Origin: Paraphysomonas bandaiensis
Taxonomy: Eukaryota > Protista > Chrysophyceae
Reading direction: 5' to 3'
Length of the DNA stretch: 57,810 nt
NCBI GenBank assembly: GCA_965644295.1
Contig: CBFFRP010000328.1
Span: forward strand, 1 to 57,810
A program made the position numbers and the translations under genes. The notes under the pieces are model-generated. The model saw only the letters and a list, made by a program, of their open reading frames with translations, did no database searches and was not told where the DNA came from. Positions 47,401 to 57,810 of this stretch are shown here, piece by piece (position 1 is the first letter of the stretch; each line of letters starts with the position of its first letter).

Positions 47401-50210
47401 TCGCCCGTCGGAAGTATCAAAAGCTAAAATCATATGACTTGTCAAAGTCGTTTTTAGCCAATAGACGGACGTATGAGATGCCAGATGATATTCGCACCAA
47501 TCGTGAAGTCCAGGACGATGAAGTAAGTTGTGCTGAGAGTGCTACTACGGCAGGTGACCTGGAAGACCCCGTGCAGTTAGGTGTTGCAGTGGTGGATAAA
47601 CGAAATACAAGTGTATTGGACCTTACACCATCTTGGCTGGCTCTTGGCAAGGTGAACTCGCAACATTCAGCGAATAAGCTGCATGCCTCATCAAAGTTTT
47701 CTCTCTTTGAACTGAAGAGGGCAACAGCAAGTGATCGATTGGTGTTAGGGAATGCAGTGTCGAATTTCTTTGATAAGGCCCTCCCTCCATCTAGTCTCTT
47801 GGATAGTAAGAGTGGGTGGACCCGTTTTTCACAGGCAGTCCTTCGGTTTCATGATTGGATTCGCTGTGTTACATACCCCTCTCTTAGAGAACCACGGCTC
47901 ATTAGATATTTGAATGTCTGCACTGAAGTAATGATTCTCATGTTTGTTGATTCTGTATTCTTTGGTGTATTATTTACTGACGATGGAAAATGTGAAGCGG
48001 AGTCTGGAGCAAATGGTGGCACGGAGGAAAGTTGTTTATCGATTCAGTCGAAGCTGCAGTCCAGTGCCTCGAGGTGTGTGTGGCATGATGAAAATCAATT
48101 CTGCGAGTTGCGCCCACCTCCTTCAACGATTATATTTTACATGGTGGTTTCGATTCTGATCACTGCATTCAGTATATTACCTATTGTGTTTTTCTCGTAT
48201 CTTTTCACAGAAGTCTGTTCTCTTCGCCCGAGATGGACTGAAGATGATGAAGATGCAATCTTGACAAATGCTCCTGTCATTACTCGTAGGTCTGAGCTTG
48301 GTGCATTGTTAGGAGATGACACCTATATTTCTCCCCAGCGAGTAAAACAACTGGAGCAGTATGCGTATATGGAGCACATCACCGTGGAAGAGGAGACCAA
48401 TATACTCTTAGCATCAGCAGAAAAGGCAATTCAGTCAGCGATGCAGTGTAACCCCCTTCCATGGCGAGTTGAATATTTATCTAAACCAGATTTAACTGCT
48501 GCGCAAACGGCGATGGATTTTATTGGGGTCTACCCGGATGGCACACCGAGACCTCTGACGTGGTTACAATGGCTGGCTTTCCGCACACCTCGTAAACGTA
48601 TTGAGGGGAAGCTGTCAAACGTTCGCAGACGTACTCGCGGCATTTTGAATGATTTAAGTATGTTTGTGGAAGGTGAAGAGGAGTGTAAGGATACTGTGTT
48701 GGTACAATATTTTATTCTTGAGCAACTCTCACCATTTAAACGTTACGCGTTGCGACGGGAGTTTTTTCAAGTAGATAATGCCGTTCCAGGATTCGTTAAT
48801 GGCTATCTATGGCTAGCATCGTGGACCCTTGTGGTGTTTTTATGGATGTTTATTGTGTACTGGCTGTTCAATTGGGCTATTGATAACAGTGATGTAACAG
48901 TGGAGGCGTGGGCTTATCAAATGCTGTTTGTGTTAATACAAGAAATTTTTTTCAACAAAATGCTGCAGATATTTGTAGTTCATGTGTTGGTGGTGGAAGC
49001 CCTCAGACCGCAATTGAAACGTATATACAGTGCACTTAATACCGTTATATTATCGAAAATGACCAATACATCAAAGACTGATAAGGTCCAGTCCAAAAGC
49101 AGTCATGTAAGGGTTGTTCAGCATTTGTCAGCTGCTTGTAGAGCATCTCGGCGTCCGGAATGTGCTGATTTGCCATCAGCTCAGATGCTAATGAGGGTGG
49201 ATGACAATGATGCCATGCTTTGTCAGCACAATAGACAGCTATCTCTGGGTTGGTTTACCATGATCCTAATTGCTATTCCCACCGCACTTGCATTGAGTCA
49301 CGAAACTATTCAGGAAGGAGTGATGGATGTCGTCTTTCCGACCTTATGGTGTTGTTTCTTACTAGCAAATGCTTACATGTTCTATATCTCACCTTGGCTA
49401 CTCGCTTCCCCTTACGTTGCCATAGTGCTCTACATATGCTACAGGTATATGTATCTACTCCCAAGACGCCGTCGTAGAACACAGCAATATAGCTATGAGC
49501 AGAGAAAATATGTTAATGCGCCGCAAGATTCGGAACAGATGTGGCTCAATATGAACCGAAGCCTGACTCTCGTAAAGAAAAGAATACATTCGTCTTCTGG
49601 TGATGCGAAGTATCAAAACCCTATAATGAGAAATCTACTTGTGGATGGTGATTCGTCATCCGATGATAGTAGTGACGCAAGGCATACAGATCATGAGTCA
49701 TCGAAGTCCTCTAGTTTCAGACGTGAAATTCCTGATGATATCGTAACAATGGCTGTACATATATCCAAAAACCGCCACTTTAAGTATCGCGAGAAACATC
49801 ACAAAAAACGAGCGTCTACATTTGTGAATAAATATATGTGGCATGCAGACCCAGCTGGTGGGGTGGATTATGATGCAAAGCCAGTGGATGTCACAGGACT
49901 TACCAGTGACTATCTCGAGGAAAATGCCCCAAGAATAAGGAATTATGTGAGACGAAGTAGTACTATCCCCACTTGTAAATTGAACGCCTCTAGGACCCAT
50001 AGTCGTATAACGGCGTCAGACTTGGTATCGGAGAGCGCTTTCAGTGGTGTGCGCGGCGGCCACATTAAGAAGTCGAAGAGCAGTGTGACTGATGGCGTAG
50101 TGACTGGAAAGATGCATTTAGGTACATCCACAGCGAGTGAAGCGGCTAGTAAGACCGCGAAGTTTAATGGTAACACTCCTCTTGAAAGTAGCCTTTCATC
50201 AGTCATATAG
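35462..50210 (+). CDS. Giant LRR / PT-stalk / REJ polycystin-1-like receptor, ~4887 aa; exons 35462-38489 and 38575-50210
   Basis: An 85-nt phase-1 intron (tcaG|GTATTT...TTTTTCTTCAG|GT) joins ORFs 35462..38554 and 38439..50210 in frame. Signal peptide; two blocks of plant-type 24-aa LRRs (LxxLxLxxNxLtGsIP) with Cys caps; PT stalk of >1,300 aa; C-terminal region paralogous to the 3237-aa gene (NGPPSSG.L.VSPS.G, HDWIR..TYPSLR, EGEE.C.DT.L.Q.FILEQ.SP, VRVVQHLSA.CRA). Confidence 0.85.
38575..41940 (+). repeat. Coding higher-order tandem array of ~20+ units, mostly 132 or 144 bp (44/48 aa), some 108 bp, built from 12-bp PTxx subunits
   Basis: The unit PTYNPSVVPTLSPTHEPTVAPTGNPT(AVPT)VSPTMSPTVEPSCVPSG(G/C) repeats with near-identical DNA. 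Confidence 0.95.
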
Positions 50211-50715
50211 CTGGCAGCTGCGAAAGCCCAAGAAGTATGATTATCAACGAGGGAGCAGTGTGTGCATTTATGAAGAGCCGGGCCTTGAAACTTCTAACGA
50301 CACTAATAAAGCGTCATAGAGTTAATTTCCAGGCGATTTGTGTATTTTTTCTTATAAACAGGTACCGTGTGGCTCTAACGAGCAAACGCATTTTTTTTGT
50401 TTTGTAGCAATTTATTCCATACTAGAAGATGCAATTGCATTTAAAATGATTATAAATTACCATTCCATACCAAAAAAATGGTTCCTCTTGAGTGCTACCA
50501 CAAGCACTTGTTTCTGCATTGATCAGGCTGACGTTACCCCCACGATGTCATTTTACTTAAGCTTTTCTACTGTGTATTGTTTGCGTTTATTCTGCAATAA
50601 ATAGTAAGTAGCATTCCGCCTACACAAACAACGTTGGGATGATAATTGAGCATAGTGACATCGTGGTACTCTAGGAACATGATAATTCGCAGTTACACGA
50701 AAACATCCCAATCAA

Positions 50716-51016
50716 TGTTAAAATATATTAGAATATGGATCTTATTCTAGTATATTCAGTATGTCACTTGAAGACAATATACGAGAATACAGTGAAATAT
50801 AGTGATGTACAAATGCTGTGATGATATTGAGAAACTGAAATAGTTTGATCTTTCAAGATATGTTCAGTAACGAGAGGTTCGCATATGTAGGATATTATGC
50901 AGGGATTATAATGAGTTAGTGTTGGTTATCACAACTTCGTGTAAACGATATTAATAAATCTATCTAGTCTTACGACAAATTCTCTCTGTGATCTAGCTTA
51001 AAATGAGCAATTCTCA
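50716..51016 (+). repeat. 5' LTR of a Copia element (TG...CA, ~301 bp), followed by a primer-binding site at 51020
   Basis: Starts tgttaaaat and ends ttctca, with AATAAA inside; followed after 3 nt by TGGTAGCGAGCG. The 3' LTR lies outside the window, so the left boundary is unconfirmed. Confidence 0.6.
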
Positions 51017-53115
51017 ATATGGTAGCGAGCGAGGAGGATAGAGGAGTAGTTCCTCAGTTCAACGAGAATAACGTTGATTAATGGATTGAAGACTTCGAAA
51101 CATTTCTCATGAGGAAAGAGAAAAGTGAAGTAGCGGTGGAGCCACCACCGATGGAGAGCGACTTCGGGGAACAGCCACTCACGTTAATGGAGGAGAAGTC
51201 TTACAGACAGGCTGTGAAGAAGTACTGGAAGGCGAATGCCATAGTGTATTCGTACTGTAGAGAGGCAGTGCAATCATCTTCGAAGGCGCTTCAGAAATTC
51301 CATCTTTTACATAAAGGGTTCAAGGCTGATGGAAGAGGAAGCAACAGGTTTAAGGCGCATATTATGATTGATGAGTTGAAGAAGTGCTTTGCTGGAGGGA
51401 AGCAAAACAAGATCAGTGAGCTATTAACTCAGTATGGCTCTTTCCGTATGCGTCCGGAGGAAACTGCGAGGGACTATATAATACGGTTTGAAATACTGCT
51501 GAAAGAGCTACAGGAGCAGCAGCAGGACATATCGGAGCTCTCAAAAATAACACGGTTACGAGAAGGTCTGTTAAATGAGGAATATGCTCCTTTGAATGTT
51601 GCTTTGTACTTGATGCCTGATGATGTTGATTATGCAACATTATCAAGGAAGATAGAACGGTATGATGATACCATTCCTGGAAGGATTGCGTTAGAGCGGA
51701 AACGCAAGAAGGTGGAGGAGCTGAATTTCATTGAAAAGAGCAAACGGTCTCGAACAGAACGGGATAAGCGTAAGAAGGGCAATTGTAGATATTGCAGGAA
51801 AGAAGGAATTCCTCATAGCCATTCAACTGAACAGTGCAGGAGGAAGCAGAGGAAGAAGGATGGAGAGATATCAGGGCAGCGTCCTGGAAGTGCTGAGTAT
51901 ACGGGATGCAGAAATTGCAAGTCTCTGGAACATCTTGCTGCTGATTGTCCAACGACGAAGAAAAAGCATTCTAGAAGAGGAGAGAAAGGGAAGAATCATG
52001 GTAGGAAGCCGGACAAAAGGCTGCTGACAGTATAGAATATACGGCGTGGAGAACCAGCAGATTTCTCTGATGAAGATGAAGCTAATATGATCGAGGATGT
52101 TATGAAATTGTCATGCAATATACATGAAACGAATATATGTAGTGTAAATGATGACATGCATTATACATATATTGACACCTGCTGTACATCATCGATGTTC
52201 TTGATGAATAATGTGACCATGCTTGACACTCATATGAATACATCAAATGTGATAAACGGCTCTGCTAAAAAGGGATCAGAGATTCGGATCACAAGTGTGG
52301 GTTCCCGTGGAGCATGGAGAGACATTGAAATTTCAGATCAGATCAATCGATGCCTGTGCTCCGGACGTAAGCTGAACGAAATGGGATATCGATTCACGGT
52401 GTGGTATGGAATCCAAATTTATAATTGTAATACTGGTGAGCTGGTACTGGAGGGACCCATGAAGAATGGAATGACTGCAGTTCCAACTCAGCAGCTGTTG
52501 GAGCTTCCAGATGTGTCTACACCGAGTAATTGTGAAGTAAATCTTAGCGATAGGACTGGTGAGGACGAGCTGGAGTTGCTGCATCGGAGAGCGGGTCACT
52601 TCAACAAACATGCCTTAGTGGAGGCACATAAGAGGATGCTCATCATGGGCACGGGGTTGAAACGAAAACACCTCACAGCCAAGGTACACAAAAATCAGTG
52701 TTTGTATGATGTGTGTGCCAGGTCTAAGATAACCCGAGTCAGCTTCCGAACGAAGGACGAGAATTCCGTTAGACCGAATTTTTCAGCAGATATAGCTGTG
52801 TATTTAAATTGTCCTGCTAGAGGAGGAGAGAGGTATGTGTTGAAAATAACGCATCATGCAAGAAAAATGTTCTGGGCGACGGGTCTAGTCAACAGAACTG
52901 GGGAAGCGGTATTAGAAGTCCTCAAAGAGCTGTTTAAAGGTGACGTTAAAAGGTACAAGCTCAAGATGGAGCATTACCATGCAGATGGTGCAGGAGAATT
53001 AATCAGTGAAGAGCTGCGTCAGTGTCTTAGGTCACAGGAGTGCTATAAACATACATGGAGCTCAACAGACTCTCCGGAGATGAATGCCATAGAGGAAAGG
53101 AAGTTCAGAACAGCT

Positions 53116-53650
53116 AGTTCGACACCCCCATACCCTAAGATATCTCAAATTTGGAGGCTCACCCGTTAGAAACTCTATAGGAGACATATACCCTTTATCT
53201 GTTTTCGTTGGCAATCGAATCAAAATATATCTGGCTGCCATGTATGCATCCAGCTAAAATTGCGGTGGCAGTCCAGATTGGATTAACATTGCATGGGTCA
53301 TCTCTCCAGCAGTTCTGAACTTCCTTTCCTCTATGGCATTCATCTCCGGAGAGTCTGTTGAGCTCCATGTATGTTGATAGCACTCCTGTGACCTAAGATA
53401 CTGACGCAGCTCTTCACTGATTAATTCTCCTGCACCATCTGCATGGTAATGCTCCATCTTGAGCTTGTACCTTTTAACGTCACCTTTAAACAGCTCTTTG
53501 AAGACTTCTAATACCGCTTCCCCAGTTCTGTTGACTAGACCCGTCGCCCAGAACATTTTTCTTGCATGATGCGTTATTTTCAACACATACCTCTCTCCTC
53601 CTCTAGCAGGACAATTTAAATACACAGCTATATCTGCTGAAAAATTCGGT
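53116..53650 (-). repeat. 535-bp inverted duplicate of the Copia integrase region
   Basis: Its reverse complement equals 52773-53111, then a short linker missing from the forward copy, then ~55756-55937. A few substitutions are present, including TGG->TAG. Confidence 0.9.
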
Positions 53651-53665
53651 ACCCTTGCAATGTTA

Positions 53666-55755
53666 GTAGTGAATGTCTGATTATTTAGCAATAGGCGTTG
53701 AGACCTTGCATCAATTAGTGGCTAGTAGAATGCTAGTCATACTAGTTAGACCACTACCCGTAACTAATCAATACAAACTCTTTTATCCTACTATTTAACG
53801 CTACGAAAGCTGCTTGTGCGTCGCCGCAAGCACCAAGGTGCAACCACTTCCGTTCTTTTTGTGTGATATGAAATTCGCCTTTATCGTGTGTCCGTGGACT
53901 CACCGGCGCTTTTGATCTGGGGGTCTCCCTTTGGGATGGGTCTCCATTGGTTTTGGAGGGGGCTCAGCATTCTGAATTAGGGTCCTGAGTGCACCTAGTT
54001 CCAGATGTGTCAGGCAAAGGGTCCGCACATGCCTAGATACAACATGAGTGGAGTCTGCCCAGGGTTTGTTGCCATTCGCGAGATGCTGGGCAACTAGTAG
54101 GGCGCTGTGCGTGGTGTCCAATTTGTGCTCTGGTAGCGTGAATGATATCATGAGATCATAGTTGTCCGTCCTGGAAGCCTTGGCTATGAATCCTTCCCAT
54201 ATGTCTAAACAGGCAGGGGATAGCATGTGTGCGTATATTTCTTTTAAAAGGTTTCCCTGTGGGGAGGCAGCAATGGTTTGGGTTTCATCATATCTAACCC
54301 AGTTGTTCAGCAGATCGGAGTGAAAGGGCGTGTGACCCCGGCCCTCTGTGTAGTGTAGGGGGTATGTGGCAATATCCTTGGGCAGTACATCCGGCCTGAG
54401 GTCAGGAGTGGTAGTGGAGAGTGAGGATGGGCCGTCTGGGGCTAATGCTGGAGTTCCCATGGTGTTCAGTTGAGTAGGGTTGGTGGTAGGTGGCTTCCGT
54501 TTGACTGGGAAATAGTCAAATAACGTTGCATACGGTGTGGTGGCATCCTTAGTGGATAAGGGTAATGTGTGGGTGGATTTGCTAGGTCCGTCACCGCTGT
54601 TATCGGAGGAGAATTCCTTCCCCTGAAGGGCGTGGGAGGGATGGTTGATGGACCTGGCACGGTGGACTCCTTGCATTCCCTTGGAATGACATTGCAACAC
54701 ATTTTGGAGACGCATGATGACGAAGTCAGGAATTCTCTCGAGTAGCGCGTGTAGTTCCAACTCCACCGGGTATTTGGTGTCCAGGAAGAAGTGATCGTTG
54801 GAGCAAAACACATCATAAGATGGAAGGAATTGAGTTTGTGGAAGGAAGGAGGAATAGTGGGTGGACCAATACGCCCAGTAAGGGAGAGGCGATAGTTTGT
54901 CTGGGGGTTTTCTAGGAGGAGGTAGAGTGTACTGTGTGTGTGTATGACACTGCAGTGGTGTTATGAGTGTGTTGGACAGTGAGAGAGAGCTGGTGATGTG
55001 TCCAACAGTACAGGTAGACAGGTACATGGACATGGTGATGTGTCCAACAGTACAGGTAGACAGGTACATGGACATGGTGATGTGTCCAACAGCAGTAGAG
55101 GTATACACGGAATGGTATACATCCTGTAGGACACAGTAGTACAGTAGTCGAGTATACCGTATGCGGAATACAGTGTCTATCCAATGAGATGGATGGGCTG
55201 TGGGGGTGATAGGTGAACAGGGTGAGGGGGTAGCCTGCTGGGTGGATGGACCACAGACAAACCATGTTGGGTTGGGTTGAGTGGGCGGCAGAAGGCAGCC
55301 CTGTTGCACAGTTGAGAGGGATCGAGAGTATTCAGTGATTGCATAGGGGGTCCATGGGGGTCGTTTTCGTGAGCCTGCTCGCACGAGCCATGTTCTGAGA
55401 GGTTGTAGCCGTAGAAAGCGATGGGTGAGACGAAGTTGTCTGCTGAGGGGATAGCACGTAGGTGCGGTCAGCGCTGCATTGGTGCAGGCACGTGGTTTAA
55501 CTGAAGTAGTTGAGTAGGGTGAAGGTTGCAAGGCCAGGCAGGGGGGCTTGGAGCGTGTACAACATGGTGTGACAGGTAATTTGTCGGAAGCGTGGTGGTC
55601 AACAAAATGCAGCAGTAAGGGAGTGTAAAAGGCCCTGGGCACACTGATGTGACTCAGCCACAGTTTCAATAGAGACATTGGGCTTGGAGCTGGTTAATAG
55701 AGTGAAACTTTATGTTGGACTGTATTTGCCATCGTAGGGCAGAGAATTAAAAAAT
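53666..55755 (-). mobile_element. 2.09-kb 5'-truncated non-LTR-like retroposon (copy F) nested in the Copia, with a 14-bp TSD; carries ORF 53900-55678
   Basis: cccttgcaatgtta occurs at both 53652-53665 and 55756-55769. The Pro/Thr/His-rich ORF ends KGRPPDQKRR and is followed by the family 3' motif (53785-53852) and the terminus ataatcagacattcactac. No RT motif lies within the insert. Confidence 0.7.
54991..55092. repeat. 42-bp tandem repeat, ~2.4 copies (encodes VGHITMSMYLSTCT on the - strand)
   Basis: tggtgatgtgtccaacag recurs at 54991, 55033 and 55075. Confidence 0.9.
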
Positions 55756-57810
55756 CCCTTGCAATGTTAATCCAATCTGGACTGCCACCGCAATTTTGGC
55801 TGGATGCATACATGGCAGCCAGATATATTTTGATTCGATTGCCAACGAAAACAGATAAAGGGTATATGTCTCCTATAAAGTTTCTAACGGGTGAGCCTCC
55901 AAATTTGAGATATCTTAGGGTATGGGGGTGTCGAACTTATGTTCTTTCACCGAAGGCGGATCGACGAAAGGATTGGGAGGATAAGGCTCTAGTTGGATAT
56001 TTAATGGGTTACTCTGATGAGAAGGTAGGATACCATGTATATCTTCCTGAATCAAACAAGGTGGTGACTACAGTCCATATATTGACTGATGAGTCAACGC
56101 CATCACGATCAGAGAAGTATTTCGCAGAGATTGATGCTCTTCGAGTGCGGGAGGCCGCTAGACCCAAGCTTGCATCCGACTATGCCAGCTTAGAAGGAAC
56201 GTATCATATTGATGATGAGGACGGACTTCTGTATAAGACAACAAGAGTTGTAGAACGTAAGGGTGTGATTGTAGCATACCGTTCACTTGTTACTGCAGGT
56301 CGTGAGCATATAGAGCACCGGGTGCCTATACACGTCGAAGACGTGGTGCGTATGACTGCAGAAACCCCCGGGAATACCGGGTACATAGGAAAGGGGCTCC
56401 CCTTTTGTACTACGCCAGCCAGGGAGCTGGACCAGGGAAGACCTGGAGGGTTCCAGGAGAGTCCTGACCCAACCTGTCAACAGACAGTCGTGAGGTTGCA
56501 GACCTCGACAGACCGTGGGTCTGGGGATGCGAGCGGGGCTCCTCCCACACCGCAAGATTTGCGGGCTCAGGATGAGCAAGGTATGGGTTCGTATATATCT
56601 ACTAGACAACCTATTGAACTAGACGGTGATGGTCGTGTACGGCGGAAACGGCTACAGCGTAGGTTGGCGAACGCATCGGTGTTAGGAGAAATAAATATGG
56701 TTGAGGTGCCAGATGCATACACTGTTAACTTAAAACATGCAGAGTTGAAACATGATGACTTTAAGATACCAGACTCATATGCTGAAGCGGAGAGATCTCC
56801 ACAGTACATGAAGTGGCGAGAAGCTCGGAAGGTGGAGAAGACCTCACTACTGAAGAGACGTGTCTTAAAGATTGTGCGGACTCCACGGGGAGTGAAGTTG
56901 GTGCGAGCAAAGTATGTTCACAAGGTGAAGAGAGACCTTCTGGGGAATGTAGTCAAGTATAAGGCGCGGCTGGTTGCATTAGGGAATCTACAAGAAAAAA
57001 CGGAGGAGGAGCAGTCCACGTTTGCTCCAGTGGTCAAAGGAATAACCATTCGACTGGTTCTTGCAATCGCCTTTATGTTTCATATGCATGTACATCAGTT
57101 GGACGTATCATCAGCGTTTTGTTATGCCGATCTTGAGGAGGATGTTTATATGGCACCTCCACCTGATGAAGAATTGCCAGCAGGGTGGTGTTTTCAATTG
57201 ATCAAGGCCTTATATGGACTGCGGTCATCACCGAGGCGGTGGAACAAACATATTGACAAGTTTATCAAATCGTTACATTTTACTGCCTGCATTTTAGATA
57301 CATGCTTGTATATGCGATGGAGTAATGGTCAATTGCACTTATTGCTGATATATGTTGATGATATTATCATTGCATCTGCTGATCTCACCTACTTAGAAAG
57401 TGTTAAACGTAGGTTCTGCGAAAGGTTTGAAATGCATGATCTGGGTGTGTCCAAACGGTTTCTGAATATTAGAATCACGAGAGGCGAGGACTGGTACATG
57501 TTAGATCAATCGGAATATGCCAAGAATATTGTCAAGAAATTCAGTTCGTTTATGGGAAAGAGCAGTAAGAATAAGGAGACTCCACTACCTACCAATGTTC
57601 AGGATTTGTTGGCAGAGCAACGTGAGCTGACGGAGGAGCAGAAGCAGTGGGTCGAATCATTTCCGTATAGAGGAATTATTGGAGCGGTGTTGCATTTGGC
57701 GATTCACATTTGGCGGATCTGGCTTACGCTGTGGGGTTATTGGCTCGATCTAGTACTTCTCCAACATATGCGACTTGCAGATTAGCTATTCATTTGTTGA
57801 AATATTTACG

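Larger units (their letters stand above)
50716..57810 (+). mobile_element. Degenerate Ty1/Copia LTR retrotransposon (gag, protease, integrase, RT), cut by the window edge
   Basis: Gag with CX2CX4HX4C knuckle CRNCKSLEHLAADC; protease-like YIDTCC; LLHRRAGH; integrase SAD..HADGAGE..NAIEERKFRT; RT YKARLVA, HQLDVSSAF, LYGLRSSPRRW, YVDD. Integrase precedes RT, which is Copia order. In-frame stops at 51079 and 52033, and a frameshift near 57712. Confidence 0.93.

Noticed and set aside
52033-52035. Programmed gag-pol stop-codon readthrough at TAG
   Set aside because: The element has other inactivating lesions (stop at 51079, frameshift near 57712) and no CARYYA context follows, so decay is the simpler explanation. 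Intact copies would be needed to decide.
53785-53852. A|TCCTACTATTTAA at the repeated motif looked like a Helitron 5' end
   Set aside because: Homology extends ~120 bp beyond it, copies B and F have 12-14-bp TSDs (Helitrons make none), and no hairpin-CTRR 3' end was found.

Overview
Eukaryotic nuclear DNA, most likely a stramenopile such as an ochrophyte or chrysophyte-like alga (inferred from gene content, not proven). Genes carry short GT-AG introns of 46-88 nt. Left to right: a truncated gag-like ORF; an ethylene-receptor-like hybrid histidine kinase whose ETR1-type first helix appears only after splicing; a second membrane hybrid histidine kinase; a MAPKK-like kinase; a Crypton tyrosine-recombinase relic; an AhpD/CMD gene; a large NAD-glutamate dehydrogenase; and a head-to-head pair of giant polycystin-1/REJ-like receptors (3237 aa and ~4887 aa) that share a ~2,700-aa chassis but have different heads (EGF vs tandem LRR) on Pro/Thr stalks. 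The right end is a degenerate Ty1/Copia element interrupted by an inverted duplication and a nested, TSD-flanked non-LTR-like insert. Six pieces of one retroposon-like family are scattered through the window. Five carry a shared 3' terminus with a GNRA-tetraloop hairpin (partly deleted in one) that shows one compensatory base-pair change. All alignments and splice models were made by eye.
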